Below are positions 60,093-64,000 of a stretch of 64,000 bases of DNA, piece by piece. Positions within the stretch are counted from its first letter, which is position 1. The number at the start of each line of letters is the position of its first letter. Made by a program: the position numbers and the translations under genes. Origin of the DNA: an uncultured Haloferula sp. (GTDB lineage Bacteria > Verrucomicrobiota > Verrucomicrobiia > Verrucomicrobiales > Akkermansiaceae); assembly GCA_965652295.1 (NCBI GenBank), contig CBFGTS010000007.1:1-64000 (forward strand), read 5' to 3'. A model generated the notes under the pieces. It was not told the origin of the DNA, made no database searches, and worked only from the letters and a program-made list of their open reading frames with translations.

Positions 60093-61238
60093 TCACTGGG
60101 CGAGAAGCCAGGAGATGTGGGGCGTGTAGAGGTCCGGCTCGAGGAGGAAAGAGTCGTGACCTTTGTCCGAGTGGACGGTGATGTGCATCACCTCGGTGCC
60201 GGCGTCGTGGAGGTGGCCGACGAGTTCGGCCTGCTCTTCGGGGTAGAAGCAGAAGTCGGAGTCGATGGAAAACACGAGCCACTTCTGCCCGTTCTCGGTG
60301 CATCGGGAAAAGAGATCGGCCGGCGTTTCGGCGTCGCCCTCGCGGGCACCGTCGAATTTCGACCAAAGGTCGATGATCCGCAGGTAGGTGTTGGCGTCGA
60401 AGCGCTTGGTGAACTTTTTCCCCTGATGGAGCATGTAGCTCTGGAACTGGTCGCGGACGCGATACCAGGCGAGCGACTCGGTGTCGTGGACGACATCACG
60501 GCGGGCGCGCCGCTCGAATGTATCGAGGTGGACGAAGGTCTTATGCGAGATCATCCGCGCCAGGGCGAGACCGTAGGCCGGGTGGCCGTTGTCGTAGTAG
60601 TCGCCGCCGTTGAAAAACGGGTCGTTCTCGATGGCGAGGATCTGCTCGAAGAGGATCAGGCGGTTGAGGACGGTGGTCTTGTAGCCGGCGGCGATCGAGA
60701 TCACGCGCGGCGTGCGTTCCGGATAGCGGGTGGCGAAGGTGAGGGCGACCAGCCCACCGACGGAGGGGCCGACAATGGCGTGCAGCTTCCCGATGCCGAG
60801 GTCGTCAAGCAAACGGGCCTGGACCTCGACCTGGTCGGCGGCGGTGAGGTGGGGAAAGGTGGACCCGTAGGGTTTTCCGGTGCGCGGGTCGATGGAGGCG
60901 GGACCGGTGGAGCCGTAGCAGCCGCCGAGGTAGTTGACGCAGATGACGAAGAATTTGTCGGTGTCGAGCGCCTTGCCGGGGCCGATGATGCCCTCCCACC
61001 AGCCATCGTGCATTTCCGGCTGCCAGCGGTCGTCGATGCCGGGGATCGAGGGATTGTGCCCTGCGGCGTGATGGCTGCCGGAAAGGGCGTGGAACAGCAG
61101 GATGGCGTTGGAGGCGTCGCCGTTCAGCTCGCCCCACGTTTCGTAGGCGAGGGTGACTTCGGGGAGTTCGCCGCCCTCGCGGAAGCGCAGCGGGGCGCGA
61201 TCGCGGAAGGTGGCGAACCGGGTGATGACGTCGGACAC
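60093..61238 (-). CDS. metX: Homoserine O-acyltransferase (MetX family)
   Basis: HALSG, GWW..IIGPGKALDT, GPSVGG nucleophile elbow, RFDAN, GHDSFL. Confidence 0.93.
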   Translation of the reverse strand: MSDVITRFATFRDRAPLRFREGGELPEVTLAYETWGELNGDASNAILLFHALSGSHHAAGHNPSIPGIDDRWQPEMHDGWWEGIIGPGKALDTDKFFVICVNYLGGCYGSTGPASIDPRTGKPYGSTFPHLTAADQVEVQARLLDDLGIGKLHAIVGPSVGGLVALTFATRYPERTPRVISIAAGYKTTVLNRLILFEQILAIENDPFFNGGDYYDNGHPAYGLALARMISHKTFVHLDTFERRARRDVVHDTESLAWYRVRDQFQSYMLHQGKKFTKRFDANTYLRIIDLWSKFDGAREGDAETPADLFSRCTENGQKWLVFSIDSDFCFYPEEQAELVGHLHDAGTEVMHITVHSDKGHDSFLLEPDLYTPHISWLLAQ

Positions 61239-61327
61239 GGGACGGGTTGTCTAGAGCCGGTGGTTGTCTGTGCCAAGCGTGGAGTGAAAAGCGGACGCGC
61301 CGGGGGGAACCGTCCAGCGCCCGTCCG

Positions 61328-63295
<1,968 letters not shown>

Positions 63296-63449
63296 GCGGC
63301 GGGCGGGAGCATGCATGCCCAGCCGGCGAGGTCCACTGCGGACTGGGAGAAGAGCCTGGAGTCCGGCCGGACGTTCAGACAGGGGGCTGTGCAAAGGCGC
63401 CCGAAGCGTCCGGCCGGTGTATCCAGGGGAATCTTTTACGACGCCGGCT

Positions 63450-63896
63450 TCAGCGAAGCGCGGCGGTTTGGGAAAGTGACTCGTCGGTCGCCGCGGCGAC
63501 CACGATGGGCGACTCGGAGTGTACGGCGACGATCATCCGGGCCTGGCGCTCGAAATAGCGGAGCCGACGTTGGTCGAGAGCGACCGCGCCTTCTGCCTGG
63601 CGCAGCGTGATGGCTTCGGCACCGAGCCACGATTGATTGCGGGCCACGAATTCTTTCCAGGACATCAGCGTGCCCAGGGGGCGGACGGCGATGTGCTCCT
63701 GAAGCTGGTCCGGCACGTGGAGCAGGGCTCCTTGAGGAACCATGGTCCAATTGGTGCCATCGTGGAGAATGATCGACTCGTAGGGAGACGTGGATGCCCT
63801 TTCGGTATCGGTCGGTTGGGCGGAATCGGGGGTGGGTCGTGCGCTGGCGGAACTGATGGCCAGCGCTAATCCGACAAGGATCAGTGCAGCTTTCAT
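63450..63896 (-). CDS. Exported hypothetical protein
   Basis: Signal peptide MKAALILVGLALA...ASA; globular W-containing domain. Confidence 0.65.
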   Translation of the reverse strand: MKAALILVGLALAISSASARPTPDSAQPTDTERASTSPYESIILHDGTNWTMVPQGALLHVPDQLQEHIAVRPLGTLMSWKEFVARNQSWLGAEAITLRQAEGAVALDQRRLRYFERQARMIVAVHSESPIVVAAATDESLSQTAALR

Positions 63897-64000
63897 GCGG
63901 GGGGGATGTTGGGGGTGGAAACGGGGGGGATTTGGGGACTCGGCCGGTCCGGGGAGGATCCGACGGGGGGGATGATGACCCGGGGGTGGGTCAGACAACG

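Noticed and set aside
61239..61327. SAM riboswitch before metX
   Set aside because: The region is too short and contains a promoter-like TTGGCA-17-TAGACA close to the start codon.

Overview
High-GC bacterial chromosome segment. Four PEP-CTERM proteins, AKKA-rich tails and the protein families present suggest Verrucomicrobia, probably Haloferula/Luteolibacter-like (inference). Most of the window is housekeeping: cstA, rlmI-like, holB, M16 protease, tRNA-Leu(CAG), infA, scpA, metF, sdhCA, tRNA-Asp(GTC), nadC, birA, 2-oxoacid:ferredoxin oxidoreductase, GH13, ppdK, ilvBN, rsmI-lptE-bamD-proC, ispH, metX and an ABC-F ATPase. The best candidate for an undescribed system is the lower-GC block at ~49.5-54.8 kb: two XRE regulators divergent from a coupled secreted partner, a large TSP3-repeat protein with an apparently swapped NAGPA-like C-terminus, and a lipoprotein, i.e. 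a polymorphic effector/immunity layout. Other highlights are an RtT-like tRNA-linked repeat after tRNA-Asp, a PEP-CTERM / phosphatase-TPR-sulfotransferase module, a pseudokinase coupled to a squalene synthase, an RG-extended IF1 and many apparently leaderless genes. All calls come from reading motifs by eye; no database searches were run and many start codons are my own choice.
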